DNA of 64,000 bases, taken from Candidatus Brachybacterium merdavium (GTDB lineage Bacteria > Actinomycetota > Actinomycetes > Actinomycetales > Dermabacteraceae). The notes below the pieces were generated by a model that ran no database searches, had not been told where the DNA came from, and saw only the letters and a list, made by a program, of their open reading frames with translations. Positions within the stretch are counted from its first letter, which is position 1. Each line of letters begins with the position of its first letter. Both the position numbers and the translations under genes were made by a program. Of the stretch, positions 1-9,611 are shown in pieces. The stretch lies in NCBI GenBank assembly GCA_019118275.1, contig DWZH01000008.1, positions 9,908-73,907 on the forward strand, given 5' to 3'.

Positions 1-1509
1 GAGGACGCCGCCCGCACCCCGGTGACCGGCCGGCACCTGCTGACCCACCACTCGGGCCTGTCCGAACCGCTGCTGGTCCACCCCCAGGCGCCCGACTCCC
101 AGCTCGCCACGCTGAGGGACGTGCTGGAACAGAACCCGCCGGTGCTGGACCATCCCGCCGACATCGGCCTGCACTACTCGCCCCTGCACGGCCACACCCT
201 GCTCGGCGCCATGATCGAGGACGCCACCGGCATCAGCTTCGACGAGGCCGCAGCCCGGTGGGTGCTGGACCCCGTCGGGGCCGGGACCGCCGGATTCGAC
301 GGCCCCTCCACCGCTGCCGGGGACGTCACCCTGACCGGGCGCGACGGATCGGACCGGGTCGCCACACCCTGGCCGAATGTTCCCCAGCGGCCTGCGGCTA
401 CCCTGACCTGGTCCACCCACGATGCCGCCGCGCTGCTGGACGCTCTGATCACCCCCGACAGCCCGCTGCCCGCCCCGGTGGTCGAGGAGGCCACCACGAC
501 GACGGTGCGCCCGGCCCACGGAGGTGGCGGGCACACCCAGGTGTTCTTCGAGGGCCGCAGGGCCGAGGTGCCCGTCCTCGAGCATGCCGGGGCCAACGGA
601 CTGGCCTGGCTGGCCCTCGTCCCCGAGGCGGAGATCGGGGTGTTCGCGGCGGTGACCACCGAGGACTCGGAGGCCGCGGCTTTCACCGAGTCGGTGCTGG
701 AGACCGTCGCCGACTGGAGCGCGCGCAGCGGTCTGGCCGATCGCACCCCCGTGCCCGAGCATGGAGCCCCGACCATCACCCCGCCCTGGGCGCTGCCGCA
801 TGAGCCGGCCGACCCCACCGGGACCTACCAGCAGCGCCTGTTCGCCGGGCAGGGTCCTGAGCTCCTCCTGCGCACGGCCACCGGGCAGGTGACGATCACG
901 CGCGATGGTGACGACGTGCTGATGGGGCAGCGGCGCCTGGCGCCGTCGGGAACCCCCGGCCGCTGGTGCGATCAGCAGGGATGTGTGGCGGCGGTCCGCT
1001 CGGGCGATGGTGCGGTGACCATCCAGCGCAGCGACCGGGCGATGCTCGAACAGACGCTGGTGGCGGCGCCGTGGTGGACTGACCAGCGGTTCGTCCTCGC
1101 CGCCGTGGCAGGTGCAGCGCTGATATGGGTCCTTGCGCTCGGGGGCGCGGCCCGGGCCTGGTGGCGCCGGCGGCGCGGGGCAGACGTCTCCCCGGCGGTC
1201 TCCCGCCCTCTGGCTCTGGCCTGGGGGAGCGTGAGCTTGGCCGTGGTGGCAGCGACGGTGCTGCTGCTGGGTTCGGTGTTGACCGCACCGTCCATGAGGT
1301 GGATCCACGCCGAGGGCCCGGCCGTGTGGATGCTGCGGCTGCTGACCCTCGCCCAGCTGCTGCTCGGCGCGGCCTGGACGCTGCGCGCCGCGGCTCGCCG
1401 GCACCGGCTGGGCAGATGGTCTCGCGCCCTGGTGCCGCCGGCGCTGCTGATCGGTCTGGCGGTCTCGGTCGTGCTGATCAGCTGGGCGCTGCCCTCATCG
1501 GCCCTCTGA
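1..1509 (+). CDS. serine hydrolase, beta-lactamase family (5' end outside window) with C-terminal membrane-spanning region
   Basis: Frame 1 is open from base 1 (EDAARTPVTGRHLLTHHSGL...), so the GTG at 22 in the ORF track is probably internal. HLLTHxSGL is the conserved segment downstream of the SxxK nucleophile in class-C beta-lactamase/esterase-type serine hydrolases. The last ~130 aa contain four hydrophobic helices separated by Arg-rich loops. GC3 is high. Confidence 0.6.
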   Translation, partial: EDAARTPVTGRHLLTHHSGLSEPLLVHPQAPDSQLATLRDVLEQNPPVLDHPADIGLHYSPLHGHTLLGAMIEDATGISFDEAAARWVLDPVGAGTAGFDGPSTAAGDVTLTGRDGSDRVATPWPNVPQRPAATLTWSTHDAAALLDALITPDSPLPAPVVEEATTTTVRPAHGGGGHTQVFFEGRRAEVPVLEHAGANGLAWLALVPEAEIGVFAAVTTEDSEAAAFTESVLETVADWSARSGLADRTPVPEHGAPTITPPWALPHEPADPTGTYQQRLFAGQGPELLLRTATGQVTITRDGDDVLMGQRRLAPSGTPGRWCDQQGCVAAVRSGDGAVTIQRSDRAMLEQTLVAAPWWTDQRFVLAAVAGAALIWVLALGGAARAWWRRRRGADVSPAVSRPLALAWGSVSLAVVAATVLLLGSVLTAPSMRWIHAEGPAVWMLRLLTLAQLLLGAAWTLRAAARRHRLGRWSRALVPPALLIGLAVSVVLISWALPSSAL

Positions 1510-1607
1510 CCACCGGCTCCGGAATGCTCGACATGAACCCGGCTGCGGTGAGCCCGGACGCGGGGCCGATGCCGGCGCGATCCGATGGCATTGCTGTCCC
1601 TGACGGC

Positions 1608-4600
1608 TCAGCGGCGAGAGCGCCGGGTGAGGGCGAGGGCGCCGAGCCCCAGCCCGATCAGTGCCAGCGCCCCGGCGGCGAGCGGTAGGGTCTCCGCGCC
1701 GGTGCGGGCCATCTGCCCCGGCCCCTGCTGCGCCGAGTCCGCGCCGCCGCCACTCCCGTGTCCGTCGCTGCCGTGACCCGGACCGCCGGGAGCCTCGGGG
1801 CCGTCCGGCTCATCAGAGCCGCCGGGTAGTCCGGGCTCCTCGGAGTCGCCGGGGGTCTCGGGGGCATCCGGCTCCTCGGGCTTCCCGGGCTCCTCGGGGT
1901 CGCCGGGTTCCCCGGGTTTCTCGGGGTCGTCAGGGTCACCGGGCTCTTCGGGCTCTCCGGGTGCCTCGGGATCGCCGGGATCGTCCGGGTCACCGGGTTC
2001 CTCGGGGTCTTCCGGATCGGGTCCGGGGCCGTCGCCGGCCACCGTGACGGTCTGCTCCGCGGAGCGTCCGTTGACCGTCACCTGCACGGTCGCCGTGCCC
2101 GGCCGCAAGCCCGTGATCTCGCCCGTCAAGGGGTTCAGCCGCAGCACCGCCGAGGGATCGGCGTGCTCGCCGGGGCCATCCTGCTCCGCGAGGGGATCCT
2201 GCGCTCCGGGCTTACCCTGTGGGGCAGAGAGACCGGTGCCGGCATCGATCTGCACCCCGGCACCTCCCCACTGTGCGGTCATCGGCCACGCCACCGGTGC
2301 CTCAAGCCCGTCCTGGACGATGCTCGCCGAGACCTCGCCGACACCGCCCACCGGCAGCTGCTCACTGCCCTGGACGGAGATCTCGTCCACCCACGGCCGA
2401 GTCTCCGCCGCCAGCCAGTCCACCCGGTCGGCGGTCGTCGGGCTCTCGCCCACGGCCCCCGCACCCGGACTGATGCCCAGCATCGTCCACCCGGTGAACC
2501 CGCCCGTGGCCGGGGTCCCCGCCGGCGACTTCCCGGAATTGCCGTTGATCAGGTACGTCACGCCCTCCACCGCCGAACCGTGGAACGCGCCGACGTGACC
2601 GTTGACCACCGCGGCCGACTTGCCCGAGCTGCGGCGGAACTCGGCCAGCTGGGCCTCGATCGCCCGGGCCTCGCGCTGGTCGGTCAGCTGGCTGAGCTTG
2701 CTGGGCAGGGGATCCGTCGGCGGATGGTGGAAGAACACCACCGCCCCGGTCAGGATGTCGGACTCGGCGACTGCCTCCAGCTGCCGCTCCAGCTCCTCGA
2801 TCTGCTCCAGTCCACCTCCGGCCAGACTGCCGGAGGCGGTGTTCAGCGTGATCACCTGGGTCCGGCCCAGGGACTGCTCGGTGGTGGGGGCACCGAAGGC
2901 GTCCTCGAAGTTCGAGATCTCCCCGCCCATCACCTCGTGGTTGCCGGGCACATACACGTACGGGATGTCGGTGTCCCATTCCTCGTCGAGGATCTGCTGG
3001 GCCAGCTCGAAGTCCTCCGGCGCGGCCTCGTCGACGAAGTCGCCGTTGATGACCAGCAGATCCGGTGCGGCGTCCTGGATCTCGCGCAGGGTCCGACGGG
3101 CACCCTCGACGGCGTCGCTGTCGGGATCGGCCGCTACGAACTGCGCATCGCTCATCACCGCGATCCGCTGCGGCCTCTCGTCAACGCTGCCATGGGTCAG
3201 CAGCGCCGGATCGTGCACCGCCTGTTCCGCCGGGACATCGGTCTCCGGGGTGGTCTCGGCCCGCAGGTCCGCCACCGCGATGTCCCCGGTGTACTGGGCC
3301 TCGGGACGGGTCTCCATCATCCGGATCCGCTCGACCGTCAGTGGCTGCGCGAGCCCGTCGGGCACCGTGAACCGCACCGTCTGCCAGCCCTCGAAGTCCA
3401 GATGGTCCCCATCGAGATTGGTGACGGTGCCGTTGCCGTCGGTGACCTGCAGCCGCGGCCACGCGCCGGAGCCGTCGCCGCGCACATCCATCGTCAGCGA
3501 CAGGGTGGTCCCCTCGACCTCCACCGGCTCATCGGCCACCAGGTAGTAGCCGCGGGTGGCGCTCGAGGTGGAGAAGTCGTAGGTCATCCCGACGGCAGGG
3601 ACAGCGGAGCCGTCCTCGCCCTCGGGCCCCTCGGCCTCCTCGAAGGAGCCCTCGGCGCGGTCGCTCTCATCGGTGAACGCCGAGAGGTCGGAGAAGTCGA
3701 AGACCTGCTGCTCCTCCGTCCCATGTGTCAATGCCACCGTCGTCGACAGGTCGGCGGCGGTCAGGGTCAGCGAACCGCTCTCGGTCTCCCCGGTCGCGGT
3801 GACCGTCCACGTGCCCAGCCCATCGTCGGTGACCTCGAAACCGCCGTCGACGTCGACCTCGACGTCTGCAGTCTCCAGGCGGGCACGCTGCCCGTCGGCG
3901 TCGTAGCCGCTCAAGGTCAGCTGCTCACCCTCCTCCGTGCCCGGCAGGTTCACGGATCGCTCGCTGGCCTGCAGGCCGATCGGCGCGCCGAGCACTCGCA
4001 GCTCCTGGCTCGCCTGATGTGGAGGGGCCGCATAGGTGACGGTCCCGCTGCCCCGCTCGGTGCCGCGCACGACCGCGCCGGTCGCATCGGAGGATGCCAG
4101 CTCGAGAGCGCCGTCCGCGGCGAAGGAGCCGTCGGCCATCACCGGGTCCAGGTTTGCTCCCAGCCCGGTCGCGTCCAGGGTGCGGTGCAGGCCCGGGAAG
4201 ACCGCGTCCTCCTCGTCGAGGGCCAGGGAGGTCTGCACATCGCTCAGCTCCTCGGCTGGAGCATCGGAGTAGAACACCAGGGCATTGGGCACCTCGCGCA
4301 CCTCACCGTCGGAGGGGCTGTTCCAGATCGCCTCCGACTCGGCGCCCGCCGCTCGGGCCGCGAGGGCCGAGGAGCCGCCGCCATCGAGGTTGACGGCGCT
4401 GTGGGCACCCATATCCGCCAGGATCTGACCCAGCTCCGGCAGGCTCATCCCGGCTGATTCGACGCTGCGGCCATCCAGGACCAGCACGAACAGCTCGCTG
4501 CCGTCGCGGCTGATGCCCACGGCGGTACGAGGATGGATGTCGGTGACCAGGGATTCGTCGGGCAGGTCGGGGACCTCGCCGTCGGTGAGGATCTGATGGC

Positions 4601-5570
4601 TCCCGGCGATGCCGAGATCCACCTCCTGATCCGGGCCGATGGCAATGTCCGCCTCGTCCCCCACCTCGAGGTCCGCGAGCAGCTCCGCGCCCTCCTCACG
4701 GCCCAGCAACACCTGCCCGTCCTCGGGGATGTCGGGCTCGCCCGCGCTCTCCTGCACTTCGGTGACGTCGATGACCTCGCCATCGACCACGGTGGCCAGC
4801 GCGACCTGCTCGGCCGGCTCCTCCGGCGCGCCCACGGGACGGTCGAGGGTGTACTCGCCCCATGCGGGGGTGTACACGCCGATCGCGTCCTCGGGCAGGG
4901 TGGGATTGTTGATCCCCGCCAGGTCATGGACCTCGTCCTCGGCCAGCGTCAGGGTGCCCGAGGCCGACAGCGCCTGCACCGCAGCCTGCCCCTCGGCCAG
5001 CGTGACGGCAGGCATCGGTTCGGGAGAGCCCATCTGCACGCCCTCGCGGCCGACCGAGGTGTACCTGGGTGCATCGGAATGATTGATGTCGAAGAAGGTC
5101 CCGTTGACCGCGGCCACGGCGCGCTCGCCGTTCTCGCCGGAGCGCATCACGTCCGTCAACGGGGCACGGCCGGTGACCGAGCCGCCGTCGGCGACATCGA
5201 CTGACAGCGTCGACTCGTCCAGGTCAGCGGTCAGCACGCTGCCTTCGTTCCAGCCGCCTTCCTCGAGCCGCGAGAACGTGGTCAGGTCCAGGCCGGGAGC
5301 GACCCGGTAGTCCTGCAATTCACGCAGCACACCGCCGTGGGACAGCTGTTCATCGGTGACTTCGGCCGAGGCCGGCGGTGCCTGCCAGGCCTGCAGCGAC
5401 AGCAGCGAGGGGGTGAGCAGCGCGAGCGCCGCCACCAGCGCGAGCAGCCGAGTGGGTGTCCGCCGGGGTGGGACGGGAGAGAGGCCGGTGCGGCCGGGGC
5501 TCGGGTCTGGGGGAGAGGCAGCCGACTCGGTCACGGCGGAGGGCGGGCGATGGGACAGGTCAGACATCAC
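1608..5570 (-). CDS. secreted, probably wall-anchored multidomain protein: phosphodiester glycosidase (DUF2233/NAGPA-like) + calcineurin-like metallophosphoesterase + Ig-like domain
   Basis: 1320-aa ORF with an N-terminal signal/anchor (LLALVAALALLTPSLLSLQAWQAPPASA). DUF2233 motifs are present (AVNGTFFD; PRTAVGISRDG..VLVLDGR..AVNLDGGGSSAL). Metallophosphoesterase motifs are present (INGDFVDE, VPGNHE, FFHHPP, NGHVGAFH). There is a Big_2-like strand pattern (GTATVQVTVNGRSAEQTVTV) and an ~85-aa Pro/Glu/Asp linker. The C-terminus is QMARTG + hydrophobic helix + RRSRR, resembling a sortase sorting signal. Confidence 0.8.
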   Translation of the reverse strand: MMSDLSHRPPSAVTESAASPPDPSPGRTGLSPVPPRRTPTRLLALVAALALLTPSLLSLQAWQAPPASAEVTDEQLSHGGVLRELQDYRVAPGLDLTTFSRLEEGGWNEGSVLTADLDESTLSVDVADGGSVTGRAPLTDVMRSGENGERAVAAVNGTFFDINHSDAPRYTSVGREGVQMGSPEPMPAVTLAEGQAAVQALSASGTLTLAEDEVHDLAGINNPTLPEDAIGVYTPAWGEYTLDRPVGAPEEPAEQVALATVVDGEVIDVTEVQESAGEPDIPEDGQVLLGREEGAELLADLEVGDEADIAIGPDQEVDLGIAGSHQILTDGEVPDLPDESLVTDIHPRTAVGISRDGSELFVLVLDGRSVESAGMSLPELGQILADMGAHSAVNLDGGGSSALAARAAGAESEAIWNSPSDGEVREVPNALVFYSDAPAEELSDVQTSLALDEEDAVFPGLHRTLDATGLGANLDPVMADGSFAADGALELASSDATGAVVRGTERGSGTVTYAAPPHQASQELRVLGAPIGLQASERSVNLPGTEEGEQLTLSGYDADGQRARLETADVEVDVDGGFEVTDDGLGTWTVTATGETESGSLTLTAADLSTTVALTHGTEEQQVFDFSDLSAFTDESDRAEGSFEEAEGPEGEDGSAVPAVGMTYDFSTSSATRGYYLVADEPVEVEGTTLSLTMDVRGDGSGAWPRLQVTDGNGTVTNLDGDHLDFEGWQTVRFTVPDGLAQPLTVERIRMMETRPEAQYTGDIAVADLRAETTPETDVPAEQAVHDPALLTHGSVDERPQRIAVMSDAQFVAADPDSDAVEGARRTLREIQDAAPDLLVINGDFVDEAAPEDFELAQQILDEEWDTDIPYVYVPGNHEVMGGEISNFEDAFGAPTTEQSLGRTQVITLNTASGSLAGGGLEQIEELERQLEAVAESDILTGAVVFFHHPPTDPLPSKLSQLTDQREARAIEAQLAEFRRSSGKSAAVVNGHVGAFHGSAVEGVTYLINGNSGKSPAGTPATGGFTGWTMLGISPGAGAVGESPTTADRVDWLAAETRPWVDEISVQGSEQLPVGGVGEVSASIVQDGLEAPVAWPMTAQWGGAGVQIDAGTGLSAPQGKPGAQDPLAEQDGPGEHADPSAVLRLNPLTGEITGLRPGTATVQVTVNGRSAEQTVTVAGDGPGPDPEDPEEPGDPDDPGDPEAPGEPEEPGDPDDPEKPGEPGDPEEPGKPEEPDAPETPGDSEEPGLPGGSDEPDGPEAPGGPGHGSDGHGSGGGADSAQQGPGQMARTGAETLPLAAGALALIGLGLGALALTRRSRR

Positions 5571-5755
5571 GGGTTCCAGCTCGCAGTAGGGCAGACGACC
5601 GCATCGAACCTATGTGAAATGAGCAACAAGGGGAAGAGCAGGCGGTGAACTGGGGATGACCGACCGGGTACCTGGAGGCATGGCCCGTCTGGTGTCGACG
5701 ACGCGGTGCGCGACTGCCTCGCCGACCGTGACCGGCAGGAAGGCACCCGGACCGA

Positions 5756-7393
5756 TCAGCTGAAGGCCGCGAACGGAGCCGGGAGCAGATGCCCGTCGAA
5801 GTCGAACATGGCCTGGTTCTCCCAGGCATTTCCGGACGCGGGGTCCTCCGGATCCCATCCCGCACCGTCCACCGCGGTCCATGCCGGCTCCCAGTAGACG
5901 GCGCCACGGCCGCGACCGCCCGTGGACGGCGCGGACACCGTGACGTCCTGGACCGCGCGGAACGCCGCCGCCTGGCCTTCGGGGGACGCCGGATATCCCT
6001 CTGCCAGCTGCGACGGTTCGGCGACGATGTTCTCGAACGGGGAATCCGGATCGTCCTCGAGGGTGAAGGCGTAGGCGGTCTCGACCACGATCACGTCGCG
6101 CTCGTAGCGATCCGCGAGGGTGCTGATCGCCCTCTGCAGATCCATCAGCGTCCCGTGCCAGTACGAGTAGTAGGACAGCCCGATCACGTCGAACGGCACA
6201 TCGCGTCGCACGATCTCGTCGAACCATGAGGTGAGACCATCGACGCCATCGTGGATGTTGGTCAGATGCAGCATCACCTCGGCGGCGGGGAACACCTCGG
6301 TGACCGCGAGACTGCCCGCGGTGAGGAAGCGGGCCAGGTCGTCATAGCGCGCTCCGTCCACGCCGTCGTCGGGATCGACATCCCAGGTCTGCCCCCAGGG
6401 CCACAGCATCCCCGGGTTGATCTCGTTGCCCACCTGCACGGCAGCCACGTCGACCCCGGCATCACGGATCGCCAGCAGGGTCGAGCGGGTGTGCTCGGCG
6501 ACGGCGTCGGTCAGCCCTTCGGGGGCGTCCGGGAGCCAGGCGGACGGGACCCCCTGGGCCCCGGGATCGGTCCAGGTGTCGGAGTAGTGGAAGTCGATCA
6601 GCACCTCCATCCCGGCCTGCGAGATGCGTCGTGCCATCGCGACGGTGTGCTCGGGGGTGCAGAAGCCGTCGGCTGGGTCCACCCATACCCGCAGACGGCC
6701 CATGGTCGCTCCATGCTCGGCGAAGACCTCGACCGGGTCCACGCTGACGGAGCCGTCGGCGCTGAAGTACTCGGCGCCGTGGGCCTCGTTCTTCGGGATG
6801 CCGGAGAGGTCCGCGCCGCGCACGTCCCGCTGCACATGGCCTGACTCCAGGCGCAGGTCCGTGATCTCGGCCCAGGCGCCGTCGGCGCCCTCGGTGCGCA
6901 GCTCGATCTCGAGGAGCCCGGCGGGGAGCTGGGCGCTGAGGGCGATCTCCAGTCGGTCCTCGGACGACCCGGTCACCGGGATGTGCACCTGCTCCTGCGT
7001 CCGGCGTGACCGCAGCGTGAGTGTGCTCGCGGTTCCGGAGCCACCGGCCCGCACGCTCGTCCGCAGGGTCCACCACCGGGGTCGGCGGTTCTCCACCTCC
7101 TGCGAGACGGTCACGGAGCCGCCCTGGGTGGGCGCGCAGCGCAATGAGCACGTGCCGTCGTCGAGCTCGACGACGCTCGCTCCGTCTCCCACCACCTTCC
7201 ACCCATCGAGCCCGTTCTCGAAGCGCGGGTTCGCGATCTCGTCCCGGCGTGCGCTGGGCTCAGCGGCGGCGGGGGAGGTGCCGGCCGCGCCGAGACCGAT
7301 CACGGCCGCCGAGCCCGCCGCGACCACAGGCGGCAGGTGCCGACGGGCGATGTCGGACCGTACGGGATCGAAGGTGTTCGGGGTGTACGTCAT
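5756..7393 (-). CDS. arabinogalactan endo-beta-1,4-galactanase (GH53) with N-terminal CBM-like module
   Basis: GH53-type motifs FHYSDTWTDPGAQ, VQVGNEINPGMLWPWG and VVETAY. A twin-arginine-like leader (DIARRHLPPVVAAGSAAVIGLGAAG) is followed by a module beginning NPRFENGLDGW, typical of CBM4/9/22-like sugar-binding domains. It lies 30 nt upstream of the GH42 gene on the same strand. Confidence 0.9.
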   Translation of the reverse strand: MTYTPNTFDPVRSDIARRHLPPVVAAGSAAVIGLGAAGTSPAAAEPSARRDEIANPRFENGLDGWKVVGDGASVVELDDGTCSLRCAPTQGGSVTVSQEVENRRPRWWTLRTSVRAGGSGTASTLTLRSRRTQEQVHIPVTGSSEDRLEIALSAQLPAGLLEIELRTEGADGAWAEITDLRLESGHVQRDVRGADLSGIPKNEAHGAEYFSADGSVSVDPVEVFAEHGATMGRLRVWVDPADGFCTPEHTVAMARRISQAGMEVLIDFHYSDTWTDPGAQGVPSAWLPDAPEGLTDAVAEHTRSTLLAIRDAGVDVAAVQVGNEINPGMLWPWGQTWDVDPDDGVDGARYDDLARFLTAGSLAVTEVFPAAEVMLHLTNIHDGVDGLTSWFDEIVRRDVPFDVIGLSYYSYWHGTLMDLQRAISTLADRYERDVIVVETAYAFTLEDDPDSPFENIVAEPSQLAEGYPASPEGQAAAFRAVQDVTVSAPSTGGRGRGAVYWEPAWTAVDGAGWDPEDPASGNAWENQAMFDFDGHLLPAPFAAFS

Positions 7394-7423
7394 CGTGCGC
7401 CCTTTCGTGGTGTGGCTGGCCTG

Positions 7424-9487
7424 TCAGGAGGTCGTGACCGCCGCCTGTGCCGGAACGGTCGTGGTCGCGACGGCACCGGCCGCGACGTGGAGCGTGCGGC
7501 CCTCGAGGGTGAGCGTGTGCTCCTCTGCGGTGTGATTGATCGCGAACAGGTGCCGGGTGCCGTCCTCCGCTGTGCGCTCCACCAGCTCGACGTCGGCCGG
7601 CAGGTCGGAGTCCGTGATCCCGGCTCGGGTGTAGACCTCGGCGAACACGCCGCTCAGGCCGTCGATGGACAGGTCCGAGGCCAGGTACCAGGCGTGTCCC
7701 GAGCCGCGCGAGGCCCGCGTGATCGCCGCCCCACCGGGGACGGGGCCGTCGGCGTAGGTGGCCAGCACCTCGGCGTCGAGCACCGCCAGATCTTCGGTCC
7801 ACACCTGTACGTCGAGCACCTCTCCTGCGGTGGTGTCGATCCGGGTGGTCTCTTCGGCGCGCAGCGGGCAGAACTCCTCGACGGCCACGCCCAGAAGGTC
7901 GGCCAGGGCGGCGTTCAGGCCGCCGTCCCGGACCCCGTCGCATTCGTCGACCACGCCCGAGAACGGGCCCACCACCAGGTTCCCCCCGGTGACGACGTAC
8001 TCTTCGAGGTTCCGCGCGGCGGCATCGGTCAGCAGGTACGACGCCGGTGCCAGGACCATTCGGTACCCGCTCAGGTCGGCTTCGGGGTGGACGAAATCGA
8101 CAGCATGATGGTCCCGCCACAGGCGTTCGTACCAGGACTGGGTCTGCTGGCGATGGCCCAGGTCCACCGACGGTCGCCACGGCAGGTCCTGAGCCCACTG
8201 CGATTCCCAGTCGTACAGGATCGCGATATCCGCGCCGCCCCGTGATCCGCGCACGGGAGCGAGGTCCTGGAGTGTCGCTCCCAGCTCGCACACCTCACGG
8301 AAGACCCGGGAGTCGGGTCCGGCGTGGGGGACCATCGCCGAGTGGAACTTCTCGGCGCCCTTCTTCGAGGCCCGCCACTGGAAGAACATGACGCCGTCGG
8401 CCCCGCGTGCCAGGTGCGACAGCGAATTGCGGGCCATCTCCCCGGGGGCCTTGGCGACGTTGCGATCCTGCCAGTTCACTCCCGAGGTGGAGTGCTCCAT
8501 CAGGATCCACGGGTGCCCGCCGGCCAGGGACCGGGTCAGATCCGCATCGAAGGCCAGCTCGACGAAGTTCCGCGGGTCCGCCGCGGTCAGGTAGTGGTCG
8601 TTGGAGACGATGTCCACCTCGCGCGCCCACCGCCACAGATCCATGTTCGGGCAGGTGTGGGCCATGAAGTTCGTGGTGACCGGAATGCCCGGGGAGAGCT
8701 CGTGCAGGATGTCGCGCTCGGCGATGTAGCACTCGAGGATCGCCTGGTTGGAGAAGCGCCTCCAGTCCAGTTCACGGGAGGGGTTGGCAACGCTGGGTGT
8801 GGGCAGCGGCGGCAGGACCTCGTCCCAGGAGCCCAGGGTCTGCCCCCAGAAAGCGGTGCCCCAGGCGTCGTTGACAGCCTCCAGGGACCCGTAGCGATCC
8901 AGCACCCAGCGACGGAAGTGCTCCTGTGCAGCGGCTGAGAAGCTCTCGCCGACGGGGGCACCGTACTCATTGTGCACATGCCACATCGCGATGGCCGGAT
9001 GCGAGCCGTAGCGCTCGCCCAGCATCCGTGTGATCCGCTCGCACGCCTCCCGGTAGGCCGGTGAGCTGGGGCATGCCATGCCGCGGGACCCAGGGCCCAG
9101 TGCGCGCTGCTCGCGGTCGACCACCCGCGCTTCAGGGTAGGTGCGGAAGAACCATGCCGGAGGAGCGGCGGTCGGGGTCCCCAGATCCACCCGGATCCCC
9201 GCCTCATGCAGAAGATCCAGCAGGTCGTCGAGCCATCCGGTGTCGAACTCGCCCTCGCGGGGCTCGAGCTTCGACCAGGACCACATGCCGATCGTCACCA
9301 TGGTCACGCCGGCCTCGCGCATCAGGTGCACGTCCTCGTGCCACACCTCTCGTGGCCACTGCTCGGGGTTGTAGTCAGCCCCGAACGCCAGGCCGTCGAG
9401 GCCGGGAATCGGGGAGGAAGAGGTGTTCGCGCCTGGCCCACGCAGCGAAGGGGGCAGGGGCGTCGACAGAGATCGTTCACGGGTCAT
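7424..9487 (-). CDS. beta-galactosidase (GH42)
   Basis: GH42 motifs FGADYNPEQWP, MWHVHNEYG (acid/base Glu context) and ILMEHSTSGVNW (nucleophile Glu context). I place the start at ATG 9487 (MTRERSL..., 687 aa). The 179 upstream codons of the listed ORF overlap the divergent SBP gene and match nothing in GH42. Confidence 0.9.
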   Translation of the reverse strand: MTRERSLSTPLPPSLRGPGANTSSSPIPGLDGLAFGADYNPEQWPREVWHEDVHLMREAGVTMVTIGMWSWSKLEPREGEFDTGWLDDLLDLLHEAGIRVDLGTPTAAPPAWFFRTYPEARVVDREQRALGPGSRGMACPSSPAYREACERITRMLGERYGSHPAIAMWHVHNEYGAPVGESFSAAAQEHFRRWVLDRYGSLEAVNDAWGTAFWGQTLGSWDEVLPPLPTPSVANPSRELDWRRFSNQAILECYIAERDILHELSPGIPVTTNFMAHTCPNMDLWRWAREVDIVSNDHYLTAADPRNFVELAFDADLTRSLAGGHPWILMEHSTSGVNWQDRNVAKAPGEMARNSLSHLARGADGVMFFQWRASKKGAEKFHSAMVPHAGPDSRVFREVCELGATLQDLAPVRGSRGGADIAILYDWESQWAQDLPWRPSVDLGHRQQTQSWYERLWRDHHAVDFVHPEADLSGYRMVLAPASYLLTDAAARNLEEYVVTGGNLVVGPFSGVVDECDGVRDGGLNAALADLLGVAVEEFCPLRAEETTRIDTTAGEVLDVQVWTEDLAVLDAEVLATYADGPVPGGAAITRASRGSGHAWYLASDLSIDGLSGVFAEVYTRAGITDSDLPADVELVERTAEDGTRHLFAINHTAEEHTLTLEGRTLHVAAGAVATTTVPAQAAVTTS

Positions 9488-9611
9488 GACGCCATATCGT
9501 GGCAGTCCTGGGGGTGAACCGCAAGGCAGTTGACCGGGAACGATCACAGTCATACGATCCCTGCACCAGTGCTCGACCCACGAGCAGACGACGCATTGCA
9601 AGGAGGCGTGC

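Noticed and set aside
1698-1712. Canonical LPXTG/LAXTG sortase motif
   Set aside because: The sequence is MARTG. The downstream helix and basic tail fit a sorting signal, but the motif itself is non-canonical, so anchoring is reported only as a hypothesis.
2163-4457. 764-aa ORF on the + strand
   Set aside because: It is antisense to the 1320-aa multidomain gene. Its Arg/Gly/His/Val/Leu-rich composition is typical of shadow frames in high-GC DNA. It has no family motif, whereas the opposite strand shows several independent domain signatures.
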